This document shows, piece after piece, positions 1 through 9,370 of a DNA stretch of 64,000 nt (position 1 is the first letter of the stretch; each line of letters begins with the position of its first letter). The DNA is from Balamuthia mandrillaris (lineage: Eukaryota), in assembly GCA_031835245.2 (NCBI GenBank), contig JAVKOQ020000103.1:62001-126000 (forward strand), in the 5' to 3' direction. Under the pieces are notes generated by a model that ran no database searches, was not told where the DNA came from, and worked only from the letters and a program-made list of their open reading frames with translations. The position numbers were made by a program, and so were the translations under genes.

Positions 1-447
1 GAGCACATCAATTGTCTCTTCAGGAAGTCAGCACTCGAGAACTATCATGAGAAGGTCGGCACTCCCATTCCAGAGGAACAAATCGTGGATTGCACTGTTG
101 CCTCAGAGGTACATTTCTTTTCTTATCGTTGCTCTCTCTCTTCCTCTCCTACTCGTTCTCTTTGTCCTCCTAACCATAATCGAAACCTACGCATCAACCA
201 GATAAACTATCCGTTGTGGGTGTTGGCAGCATTCAACTTTGCAGGCCAAGGTATCTTCGTCTTCTTCATCTTCGGCACTAGCCGTCGCATCTACCGCGCC
301 TGGTGGAAGCTTATCTCCACCGGTTCCCTCTTGTCAAGCTCATCAGCCAGCAGCGCCGACCCCAGCGTTGAAAAAGGCACCGGCAGAGTCAACCGAGTGA
401 AAGGAAAGCAATTGAGCTCTACCAAGAGCGACGATGATGGGCTGTAA
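1..447 (+). CDS. Frizzled/Smoothened-like GPCR, copy 1 (3' end only)
   Basis: Exon ends GAG|GT at 108/109, intron 109-201, last exon 202-447 encodes INYPLWVLAAFNFAGQGIFVFFIFGTSRRIY, the same TM7 exon as the other copies. Confidence 0.9.
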   Translation, partial: EHINCLFRKSALENYHEKVGTPIPEEQIVDCTVASEVHFFSYRCSLSSSPTRSLCPPNHNRNLRINQINYPLWVLAAFNFAGQGIFVFFIFGTSRRIYRAWWKLISTGSLLSSSSASSADPSVEKGTGRVNRVKGKQLSSTKSDDDGL

Positions 448-1259
448 CAAACATCTTTACAGCCAGTCAACCCCGTTTTTGTAACACGAGCACGTTTTTG
501 TTCCCGCCTTTTTTTTGACTAGTTATGCACAGGAAAAGAGCAAGTTTTTTTTTTGTTTTTCAAATGTTTTTTGTAAAAGAAAATCGTTATAAATTCAACA
601 CTTTTCAATTCTGTCTTTGTTGCATCTCATTTTTCTTATCGTGGATACGACAACACTGCCCACAGGGCAACGAAACTTGACGGATGCTTCAACCTGTTAT
701 TTTCTTTTCTTACAGGTCCATCTACTGAAGCTGATCACTTCCTTTTGAGTATATAGGAAAAAAGGGAGGCTGTTGTGTTTAAAGAAACGTGAGATTTGGA
801 CTTTCCATTACCTACCTTACACCTGGTTTTTTCACTATCCACTGGGGTAATATAGGCCTAACGTGATTGGTGGCCCCATCGTTTATTAATTAATATAGGA
901 ATCAAACGGTCTGTTTTACCATAACTCACCGATAGCATCGCTCGTTGACATTTTCTTTTTGTCCGTATTGCACGCGGAGGCTGTGGAACCGTTGGCACGC
1001 AAGAGCTCAGCTTCTTATTAAAAGAGAAAAATACAACAAAAACAAGCGAATACGCCAACAGTCTTACAGCAAACCAAGTAAAACAGTCCCTTCACTTTTA
1101 TCCACGCCACATGCAGCCGCTTACTACTTTCCTTGCCTGCTTGTTGTTTTTGTCTCTTCCCTCCTTTCTTGGTTTGTTTCTATTTTTGTTTCTATTTCTT
1201 TGTATTGCCCACTTGTAACTCTTTCTCTATTTCAGTTTCACTTGCCCTCGCTCTCTCAG

Positions 1260-1292
<33 letters not shown>

Positions 1293-2238
1293 GTCTCTCT
1301 CTCCGTCTCCCTCTCTCTCACTCTCTCACTCTCTCTCTCTCTCTCTCCCTCTGTGTTCGCTTTCTCTCTGCTAACAACCCTGAGAAAACAAAAGTCGCTC
1401 GCCAAAGCGACTCACCAAGAGGTATCTATGACGAGCTTTTGGCACCATCCCACCCAAACGCCATCTGCGTGAACAAAAGCGAGATAGACTTTGGCTCCTC
1501 TGGCTGCGAGCAATACTTGGACTACGACATGGTCTACATGGTGCCCGGCGTACAGATTCCCAACACCACAGGCGACGGCTTTGACGTCTGGAAAGAAATT
1601 GTCATTGGGTAAGTGCTCTGCTCTTTCATGGTCTTTTTTTTTTGTTTTTGTTGTTCATTCTTTTCAGCCTTTTGAGTTTCTTTTTCTCTCATGCTTTCGT
1701 TCGTTGTTTACGTTTTGTTTTCAAAAAAAATAATAATAAGGTTCACCCTTCCATTTGTCTCGAACTCTGCTTGTCGAATCCACTCGGCGAGGCACCTGTG
1801 CCCGACGTACTATCGGGAGTGCATCGAGGTGCTCTCCCCTAACGCCGATCCCGACAACTACACCCCTGACCAAGTGGCCAGGGTTGGCCCCTACGTTTGC
1901 CGAGACCTCTGCCTGGAGTACATTCCATTCTGCGAAACGAGTGTGCCGGCAGAGTTCCAAGAGGCATTCCTCAACTGTGAGACACCTAATCCCGTTTTCT
2001 TCGGAGCGACCATCTATGACATCTTTCCCCCGGACGGCAACGTGACGGTGCAGGCGGTTGCTCCTAACGGTGACACTTGGGATTATGAGTATCAGTGCTT
2101 CGATAGGAATCGAGACGTTTCGTGTTTGTTTCCCTTCTTGTTGTTGCTTAAGTTGTTAGTGTTGTTGTTTTTCTTCTTTTTCTTCTTGTTCTTGTTCTTC
2201 TTCTCTAAACTGACAACATAGATAAAACATTTAATATA

Positions 2239-2252
2239 TAGATGTCGGGGAC
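2239..2252 (+). repeat. Left target-site duplication (includes host acceptor TAG)
   Basis: TAGATGTCGGGGAC identical to 7129-7142, with different flanking bases on both sides. Confidence 0.95.
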
Positions 2253-2539
2253 GAAAAAATGCGGAAAAGAAGAGACTCATGAAATATGGATGGACTGACA
2301 TAGAAGTCAGGAGAGAGACAGGTCTACAATGATGGGGTGATCTAGCCCTGAAGAATCTCTTGACACAGAGACCCTCAGCAGCCAATGTTCAGTGACCAGC
2401 ACACAGCTGCAAAAAAATAAGGATCCCACAGTGTCAAAGGGAACAAACCTAATCAGATTTCTGGAAGGCATTCGTTAAGCGTTGGAAAAAGTATGGGCTT
2501 TGAACACTACCACAGAAATCAAAGATTCCTTCTCCCAGG

Positions 2540-3598
2540 GTGAACCAAAAGGAGGAGGACGACAGAGGGGCAGAGGATCAGTGTAACTCGGTAGCGGATT
2601 CGCCCCGCCGAGAGGAAGGGACAAGTGTTGTGCCCAAGGGGAAGATTGATTCGGACTCAGTCAGTGCAGCCGGCGTTAAGGAGCGAACCAATAGTCAAGT
2701 GGCGCTGCTGTTTGATTGTATTAGCCGTGTTTCTCACGAGTGTGGTAAGCTCTCCGAGGCAGGCGTACTCTCACTCGCAGTGATTGTACGATTCAGGGAC
2801 CTGATTGAATCCCTCGACAAGGAGATCAATAATCTTATGGTGGAAAAAGGAAGTGCAAATAGTACCAAAGGCGGCCTTACTCTGGGTTCCCAACGGTCTT
2901 ACGTGGAGGTGGTCGGATCAGCTCCGCGGTGTGATATGATTACTGCGGAAAGGAATTTCCCTCCAACGGCAACTACGGTCAGCGCGCCAAGCTTGGAATA
3001 CTGGAAGGAAGAAATGGCAAAGGAACAAGGGATATGTTGGCAGGATAACTCCAACATATACAGGAGGCCGTGGACCAAAGATACAGTAACCGACCCGAAC
3101 TATTGGTCTACAGTAAAACCAAAGTATGGCTTTGCCAGTCCCTACTCCAAGGTAGGGGCGGTGGAGGGCAGATCGATTGTGGTGAGCGGTAAGGACCTTA
3201 AGAAGGAAAAGGTAAGTGAGAGGATCTTCGAGCTGGGGCTCAAGCACGTCGGAGTGTGGAAAGTAGGAGAGAAGAATGGCACGCAGCATTGGGGAGTTAC
3301 TTTGGAGCCGGCCCAGGCTGCCGAAGACATTATTGCGGAAAGAGCCAGGCTGTATGCTTTTACCCGCTGGTGGGTGGGCAAAGCCCGAATTGAAGAAGCC
3401 AAGAATGAAGGTAAACCGCTGTGGAAGCCTAAAGAGCAAAGAAAGATGGAGAAGAAGAAGGAAAAGGAGGAGAATGTTGGAACAGTGGCCTTGGACAGCT
3501 CTTTGGAACTCTCAAGCATCGCGCTGGCTGAGGAGGAGTATCATGGTGCTGCCAACTGGTCTGACATTGTGGAGGAGGAAGGAGAGGAGACCCAATGA
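2540..3598 (+). CDS. LINE ORF1 protein (start uncertain)
   Basis: Frame open from 2504, GTG at 2540, first ATG at 2837. Lies directly upstream of ORF2 and its TGA overlaps the ORF2 ATG. Contains SYVEVV, resembling the SYA..V motif of ORF1/gag-like proteins. Confidence 0.75.
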   Translation: MNQKEEDDRGAEDQCNSVADSPRREEGTSVVPKGKIDSDSVSAAGVKERTNSQVALLFDCISRVSHECGKLSEAGVLSLAVIVRFRDLIESLDKEINNLMVEKGSANSTKGGLTLGSQRSYVEVVGSAPRCDMITAERNFPPTATTVSAPSLEYWKEEMAKEQGICWQDNSNIYRRPWTKDTVTDPNYWSTVKPKYGFASPYSKVGAVEGRSIVVSGKDLKKEKVSERIFELGLKHVGVWKVGEKNGTQHWGVTLEPAQAAEDIIAERARLYAFTRWWVGKARIEEAKNEGKPLWKPKEQRKMEKKKEKEENVGTVALDSSLELSSIALAEEEYHGAANWSDIVEEEGEETQ

Positions 3599-6500
3599 CT
3601 TCAGTAGCGTTTGTCAACTCTAGGGGCTGGGGACAAGAGGAATTGGTCAGCTGTTGGGCTGACAGTAAGCAATTTGACATTATTGGAGTGTGCGAACATA
3701 GGAGGATGGTTGCCCCTCGCTTGGAGGGGTATCGGTGGATGGGTGGAGGGGCTGCTCCAGGGAGGAGTGGCTATGGAAGGGGTGGCGCAGGTTTCTTTGT
3801 TCGAGAGGGCTTCAAGGGGAACATCAGAGAAAGGAAAGAGTGGCGAACACCCAACTCCACTTGGGTGGAACTGGCGGGACAGGGTTGCATCTTTATAATC
3901 GGTATAGTGTATCTCCCTCCAGGAGGTACCGTGGACAACTTTAAGGTCACCTTGGCTGCGATTGAGAAAAGAATCCTGGACGTGGTCAAGGAAGGAAGAC
4001 CCCTGATTATTGGAGGTGATTGGAACGCCAGGGTTGGAAAGGGATGGAATGGTAGAGGTGAATCTACTTACAACGCGAGAGGAAAGGTGTTGGTGGAGGC
4101 TTTCAAAAGGCTGGCCCTCTCGTTGCCTCAGCTCGAAGAGGAAGCGCCAGTATTTACATGGAGAGCTGGAAAACGAAAGAGCATTGTGGACTATGTGGTA
4201 GCATGGAGATGGACGGGCAAGGTAGTTGGTGACAGATGGCAAGCTTGGACCGATCATCGACCACTGGTAGTCGAGTTGAAGGACCCAGCAGATAATTGTG
4301 GCGGGGTTTGGATGGAACGATGGAAGTGGAAGTCCTACTCGGAGGAAGATCGCAAGAGGAGGTGGAGGGAGTACAAACGCGGGTGCAAGCGTTTCTTCAA
4401 AGGAGAGGAATGGAAGGCCATGGTCAAGAAAACACGGGAGGGAACAGCTACTGTTGAAGATCTTTGGAGCAAGTGGAAAAAAGGATTGTGGGATTGTGCA
4501 ATGAGATGGTTTGGTAGAGAAAGGAGCCTGATAGGAGCAACAACGAGCAGGGCAAGGAAGCCATGGTGGACAGCAGAGTTAACATCCTTGAACAAGCAGG
4601 TAGTGATAGCCCATGCTCAGTGGCTAAGAGAAGGAAAGAATGATGGAAAGGCCAGAGAGGAATTTGTGGAACTCAGGAAAAGGTTTGTGAAGTTGTGGAG
4701 AGCCAACAAATGGGACTGGATGAAGTGGAAAAGACAAGAGAACATCAAGGAAATGCAGAAATGGATCGGCAACATGTGGAGGATAGTGGCAAAGCGTAGA
4801 GCAGAGCCCAAAGCAGTTAGGGCGCACCACGGTAGCACGGCAGCCTTCAAGGAACATTGGGCAAAGCTGGGAAGGAAGGATTCTTCCATTGGGAGCTTGC
4901 ATCGAGAGGAAGCAGGTCCAGAAGGACTGCCTTGGTCTGGTAGTAACTGGCTTAAGAAGGAGAGTTTTAATCTTGCATGGAGGAAAAGATTGAGGGTGGG
5001 CAAAGCAGCTGGGGTGGACAATATTGATGGGGAAATGATGAAGTATGGAGGCAAACATGTGCAAGATGCAACTTGGACGCTGATCAAGGTCATTGAGAAC
5101 CAAGGCATATTCCCCAAGGAGGGGAAACAGGGGGTGGTTATTCCCTTGCATAAGGCAGGAGATCCCCAGAATCCAGCAAACTATAGAGGTATTACTCTCC
5201 TATGCAATGCAGCCAAGGTGTTTGAAGGAGCTATCTTGGTACAATTGAACATACAAGCAAGAGAGCAAGGGTGGATAAGTATTTGCCAGGGTGGATTTAG
5301 AAAAGGAAGGGGAGTCATGGATCAGGTGTGGCGGTTGAAGAAATGCCTGATGAAGAGAAGCAAAGAACGTACCTATATTGCTCTGTTGGATATCAGCAAG
5401 GCATATGACATGCTTGACCATGACATACTGGCAAGGACATTACGCAAAAGAGGAGCAGAAGAGGCAGCAGTGGGTATCATTACAGAGGGGTACCATGGTA
5501 TGACGAGTGTTATTCGCATGAATGGGCAGCTTTCAGAGGAATTTCTGGTGGAAAGAGGAGTTAAGCAAGGAGGAGTTTTGTCTCCATTCTTGTTCAATGT
5601 ATACATTGATGTGGTGGCAAGAAAGCTACAAGCTGCAGAGGAGAAGGAAAGAGGAGATAAAGCATGGAATGTTTGCTTGTTGTTTGCAGATGACTTGGCA
5701 GTGGTGGCCAGCGACCCATTTGAGCTTCAGAGAAGATTGAATGTAGCAGTGGAGGCAGTGAATGCTCTGGGACTTCAGTTCAATGCAAAGAAATCAGTGG
5801 TGCTAGTACAAGGAAAGAAGGCTCATTTTCAAGAGTGGAGACTGAAGGGGGAGGCGGTGAAACGGGTGAAGGAGGCCAAGTACCTGGGACTGTGGTTTGA
5901 AGAAAGTGGGGAATGGACAACTCATGCCAAGGAGAGGATCACCAAGGCCAAGCAAGCCCTCTACAGCCTTAGGCAGCGGGGAGCCATTGCCCAAGGCCTT
6001 GGTACACGCACTGCCCAGATTGCTGCAGAGGCTATTGTCAAGTCTTCCTTGTCATATGGATTATGTATGACAGAGCTTTCCAAATCATGGTGGAAGAAGA
6101 TCGAAGCAGTGTGGAATGAGACAGCAAGAAGTGTATTGCAAGTTCATCGAAGGACTGTGGCGGGGGTTTGTAGAGCAGAATTGGGCTGGTTGACCATCAA
6201 GGCCTACTGTGAGTTGGAAAGCCAAGCAGTAATTCATCATGCTGAGAGGCAAGATGGCCACTTTGAGCTACTTGAAGAGGTAAGCCAAGCAAGTGAAGAG
6301 GAAGGGGAGAAGAATGAAGGTGAGGGAGGTGACGGAACGACAGTTGTTGAAAAGAAAGCCAAGAGGATGAGGGCCTTAACTCGAGTAGCCAAGATGGAGT
6401 ATGCAGCTGAAGGAGAAAGAGGAACAAGAGCATGGCTATGGCATAACTTCTTGACAAATGGAAGATGTTTGGTTGGACAACAACGGAGCTTAGTGATTAC

Positions 6501-6900
6501 CAACCCAAGGAAAGAACGTTTGATGAATGCTATTCGCTGTGGTGGACTGCCTATTGGAAAAAAGTGGGGATCCATTCAGAAGTCTGAGGTGGATAGCAAG
6601 TGCCCTGCATGTGATGCTGAGGAAGAAACAGCAGAACACTTCCTGTTAAGGTGTCCTAACCTTTGGGAAGATCGCTTTAGAATCTGGAGTGTGGACAATG
6701 GAAGTGAAGAACAAGTCAGAAAGCTGATTATTGAAGACTGTACAACAAAGCTCCTGTCAAGTGGAAAGAAATGTAACAGAGCTCAAGAGATGGAACAATG
6801 TAAGCAAAGTTGTAAACGAGTCTGGAGATTATGGGCAGCAAGAGCAAGTTGGAAGCATGGAAGTTCTTCTGCATTTTATCAGTCTTTGGAAGTAATGTAA
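3595..6900 (+). CDS. LINE ORF2: APE endonuclease, reverse transcriptase and C-terminal CCHC zinc finger
   Basis: EEP motifs VNSRG, GVCEH, YLPP, GGDWNA, IVDY, TDHRPL. RT motifs KAAGVD, YRGITLL, QGGFRKGR, LDISKAYD, GVKQGGVLSPFLFN, LFADD, KYLG. CPACDAEEETAEHFLLRC. 1101 aa, uninterrupted. Confidence 0.97.
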   Translation: MTSVAFVNSRGWGQEELVSCWADSKQFDIIGVCEHRRMVAPRLEGYRWMGGGAAPGRSGYGRGGAGFFVREGFKGNIRERKEWRTPNSTWVELAGQGCIFIIGIVYLPPGGTVDNFKVTLAAIEKRILDVVKEGRPLIIGGDWNARVGKGWNGRGESTYNARGKVLVEAFKRLALSLPQLEEEAPVFTWRAGKRKSIVDYVVAWRWTGKVVGDRWQAWTDHRPLVVELKDPADNCGGVWMERWKWKSYSEEDRKRRWREYKRGCKRFFKGEEWKAMVKKTREGTATVEDLWSKWKKGLWDCAMRWFGRERSLIGATTSRARKPWWTAELTSLNKQVVIAHAQWLREGKNDGKAREEFVELRKRFVKLWRANKWDWMKWKRQENIKEMQKWIGNMWRIVAKRRAEPKAVRAHHGSTAAFKEHWAKLGRKDSSIGSLHREEAGPEGLPWSGSNWLKKESFNLAWRKRLRVGKAAGVDNIDGEMMKYGGKHVQDATWTLIKVIENQGIFPKEGKQGVVIPLHKAGDPQNPANYRGITLLCNAAKVFEGAILVQLNIQAREQGWISICQGGFRKGRGVMDQVWRLKKCLMKRSKERTYIALLDISKAYDMLDHDILARTLRKRGAEEAAVGIITEGYHGMTSVIRMNGQLSEEFLVERGVKQGGVLSPFLFNVYIDVVARKLQAAEEKERGDKAWNVCLLFADDLAVVASDPFELQRRLNVAVEAVNALGLQFNAKKSVVLVQGKKAHFQEWRLKGEAVKRVKEAKYLGLWFEESGEWTTHAKERITKAKQALYSLRQRGAIAQGLGTRTAQIAAEAIVKSSLSYGLCMTELSKSWWKKIEAVWNETARSVLQVHRRTVAGVCRAELGWLTIKAYCELESQAVIHHAERQDGHFELLEEVSQASEEEGEKNEGEGGDGTTVVEKKAKRMRALTRVAKMEYAAEGERGTRAWLWHNFLTNGRCLVGQQRSLVITNPRKERLMNAIRCGGLPIGKKWGSIQKSEVDSKCPACDAEEETAEHFLLRCPNLWEDRFRIWSVDNGSEEQVRKLIIEDCTTKLLSSGKKCNRAQEMEQCKQSCKRVWRLWAARASWKHGSSSAFYQSLEVM

Positions 6901-7128
6901 GCAAGGAAAAGAGGAAAAAGGAAAGGGAAAGAAAAGGATAGCTAGATGATACAAAGTTGGTCTGAAATCTCATTAAACACCTTTCACTTGTGAATTGAGT
7001 AACAATTGGGAAGGCATTGAGGATGAGGGAGTAAGAAAAGTAAGAGTACACTATGTATGTACAAGGCTTACTTTTTATGTATAGATTGGTGTTGCTCTCA
7101 GAGCAAATAAACTTTTTATTACTACTAC

Positions 7129-7142
7129 TAGATGTCGGGGAC
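7129..7142 (+). repeat. Right target-site duplication (includes host acceptor TAG)
   Basis: Same 14-mer, continuing into host exon TTTGGTTGCCCA (FGCP). Confidence 0.95.
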
Positions 7143-8232
7143 TTTGGTTGCCCAGACGGCATGCATGGGACAGGGATCAACATGTGTTCTTTTGACTGTC
7201 CAGAGCCTCTCTTGAATGAGGACGAGTTCGACACCATCACGGACATGATGAGCGGCATCTCCTGGATCAGTTTGGTCATGATGGCTTTCCTCATCCTCAC
7301 CTACCTTCTGGATCCCACCAAAGGAAGGTTCCCCAACCATCTGCCCATGTTCTTCTTCATCGCCATCATGTGCTTCTCCTTCGCTTTCTGCTTGGCCAGC
7401 GTGCTTCCTGATGGCACCAAGGACATGTTGTGCGAAAGTACAAAGGAGCCAAACTACTTTGGCGCTGGAGCATGCACAGTGCAAGGCATGCTCGTGGTGT
7501 ACTTCTTCATGGCAGCTGTTCTTTGGTGGTTGGTCATCTGCTTCAACATCTTCATCATGATGATCTTCGCCACACAGGGTTTTGAGTGGGAGAAAGGATC
7601 AACTGTATCAGGGTTGATCGTATGCTATCACTTGGTAGCGTGGGTTCTCCCCTTGATTCCCTTGATCATCAGCTTGGGGGCGGAGAGACTGGGAGCCAAC
7701 GGATCGGACTTGTGGTGCACCATCCACTCGACCGACGAGGACAACGCCCTGACCTTCATCATTGGAGCAGGTGATGGAATCGAGACGGAAGGAGAGACAA
7801 CCAACGTGTGGAACTTTGTCTTGTTCTGGATGCCCATCGTGCTGTGCATCGCCATCGGCATGTGCTTGATCATGGTGGTCATCATCTACCAAATCCGACA
7901 AGAGACTGGCATCAAGGTTCTGGACCTTCATCAAAGGCCAATGGAGGATCTTCGCATTCCTGGGCTTGTATATTTGGGTCTGTATCTTCTTGTTCGCTTT
8001 CCAGCTGGACTTTTTGAACAGAAGAAACGATCAATACGATGCCTACGAGGAGCACATTCAGTGTCTCTTTCAGAAGTCAGCAGTGGAGAGATACCATGAG
8101 AAGATCGGCATGCCCGTTCCAGAGGAATCGCGATTCACATGTACACTATCTTCAGAGGTACGTAAGCTTACAGGTTCTATGTTCTGCTTTTGCTTTTTGT
8201 TCTTCTTCTTCTTAATCTTCAAAATGTTGTGC

Positions 8233-8264
<32 letters not shown>

Positions 8265-8265
8265 C

Positions 8266-8300
<35 letters not shown>

Positions 8301-9251
8301 CTACTTCATCTTCTTCTCGTTTATTTTCATTCTTTGTTTTTCGTTCTTCTTCCTTCTTCTTGTTACTCTCCTCTATTCTTTCTTCTCCTTGTTCATTTAC
8401 ACATTCAACTTTCTGAACAACACAAACACGTACAGATAAACTATCCGTTGTGGGTGTTGGCAGCATTCAACTTTGCAGGCCAAGGTATTTTCGTCTTCTT
8501 CATCTTTGGTACCAGCCGTCGCATCTACCGCGCCTGGTGGCGGCTCATTACCTCCGGCACTCCCTTGTCCAGCGTGGCAGGAAGCACCACCGACCTCAGC
8601 ATGGACAAGCCAAGCACTTCTGGAAGAGTAACGCGAGTGAAAGGGAAGCAGCTGAGCACATCCAACTATAGCGACGTCGATGCGATGTAACTTACTTTAG
8701 CTGCCAAGTGTTGTAACTGTATTATTTTTAAATGGATCTGCTCTAAAGCAAGGGAACAAGAGGCTGTTGGAAGCAGCTCCAGCTGCAACACAACAACTCC
8801 CACCAAATACCTTCTCACCACTGGCTTGGTTGTCCTTCTTCCTCTGCGAGTAGTAGGAGAGGTCAGTTCACTGTAGGAGAGGTTGCAACTTGGGCAACAG
8901 CGGCGAGCTGGCCAATCTCTGGGCAAGGAGGGCAACTCGTTGTGGTGGGTGGTCACCGAGCTTTTACAGTCCCCTCTTGCCCTTCCTCCTTGTTCAGCAA
9001 AGGGGTTTTTTTTCGATTGTTGATTGGTGCTTTGTCTTAACCAATCACATCGTGCTCCGTTTCAGGACGACATGAAATAACAGCCTTCTATATACTACCA
9101 CTATATCATTAACCAAATCTTGGGTGCTGCGTTACCGCCGCCGCTTGTTAGGCAATAGGTCAGCATTAGTCATTTTCGCCAATAGAGGAAAGTTTTTTTT
9201 TGAAGAAGGCACTGCCCGCTCGCCAAGAGTTTCAAAGCGTTTCCTTGCGCG

Positions 9252-9313
9252 ATGCGGCAGGCAACCCTTTTGCTCACTACTCTGCTCTTGCTTGCACTCT
9301 CTTCTGAATTTGG

Positions 9314-9370
<57 letters not shown>

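Larger units (their letters stand above)
2253..7128 (+). mobile_element. Non-LTR retrotransposon (LINE, APE-endonuclease type), about 4.9 kb, both ORFs open
   Basis: Intronless, purine-rich segment flanked by the 14-bp direct repeat TAGATGTCGGGGAC (2239-2252 and 7129-7142). Two ORFs, AATAAA at 7106-7111, short (TAC)n tail. Confidence 0.95.
1111..8690 (+). pseudogene. Frizzled/Smoothened-like GPCR, copy 2, with LINE insertion and a 2-nt frameshift (status uncertain)
   Basis: Exons 1111-1171 (signal peptide MQPLTTFLACLLFL), 1395-1608, 1741-2123 (CRD: C..C..C..LCP.YYREC..CRDLC), 7132-8157, 8436-8690. Frizzled-type TM motifs LTYLLDPTK.RFP, YFFMAAVLWW, YH..AW.LP. Frame breaks near 7917 relative to paralogs. 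Confidence 0.85.

Noticed and set aside
2344..2375. CTGAAGA followed by a TCTCT/AGAGA stem in the LINE leader, suggesting a hammerhead ribozyme
   Set aside because: The required GAAA after stem II and a stem III are absent.
2918..6575. Many antisense and alternate-frame ORFs over the LINE, and likewise over the GPCR and RhoGEF exons
   Set aside because: Shadows of biased coding sequence with no recognisable motifs.
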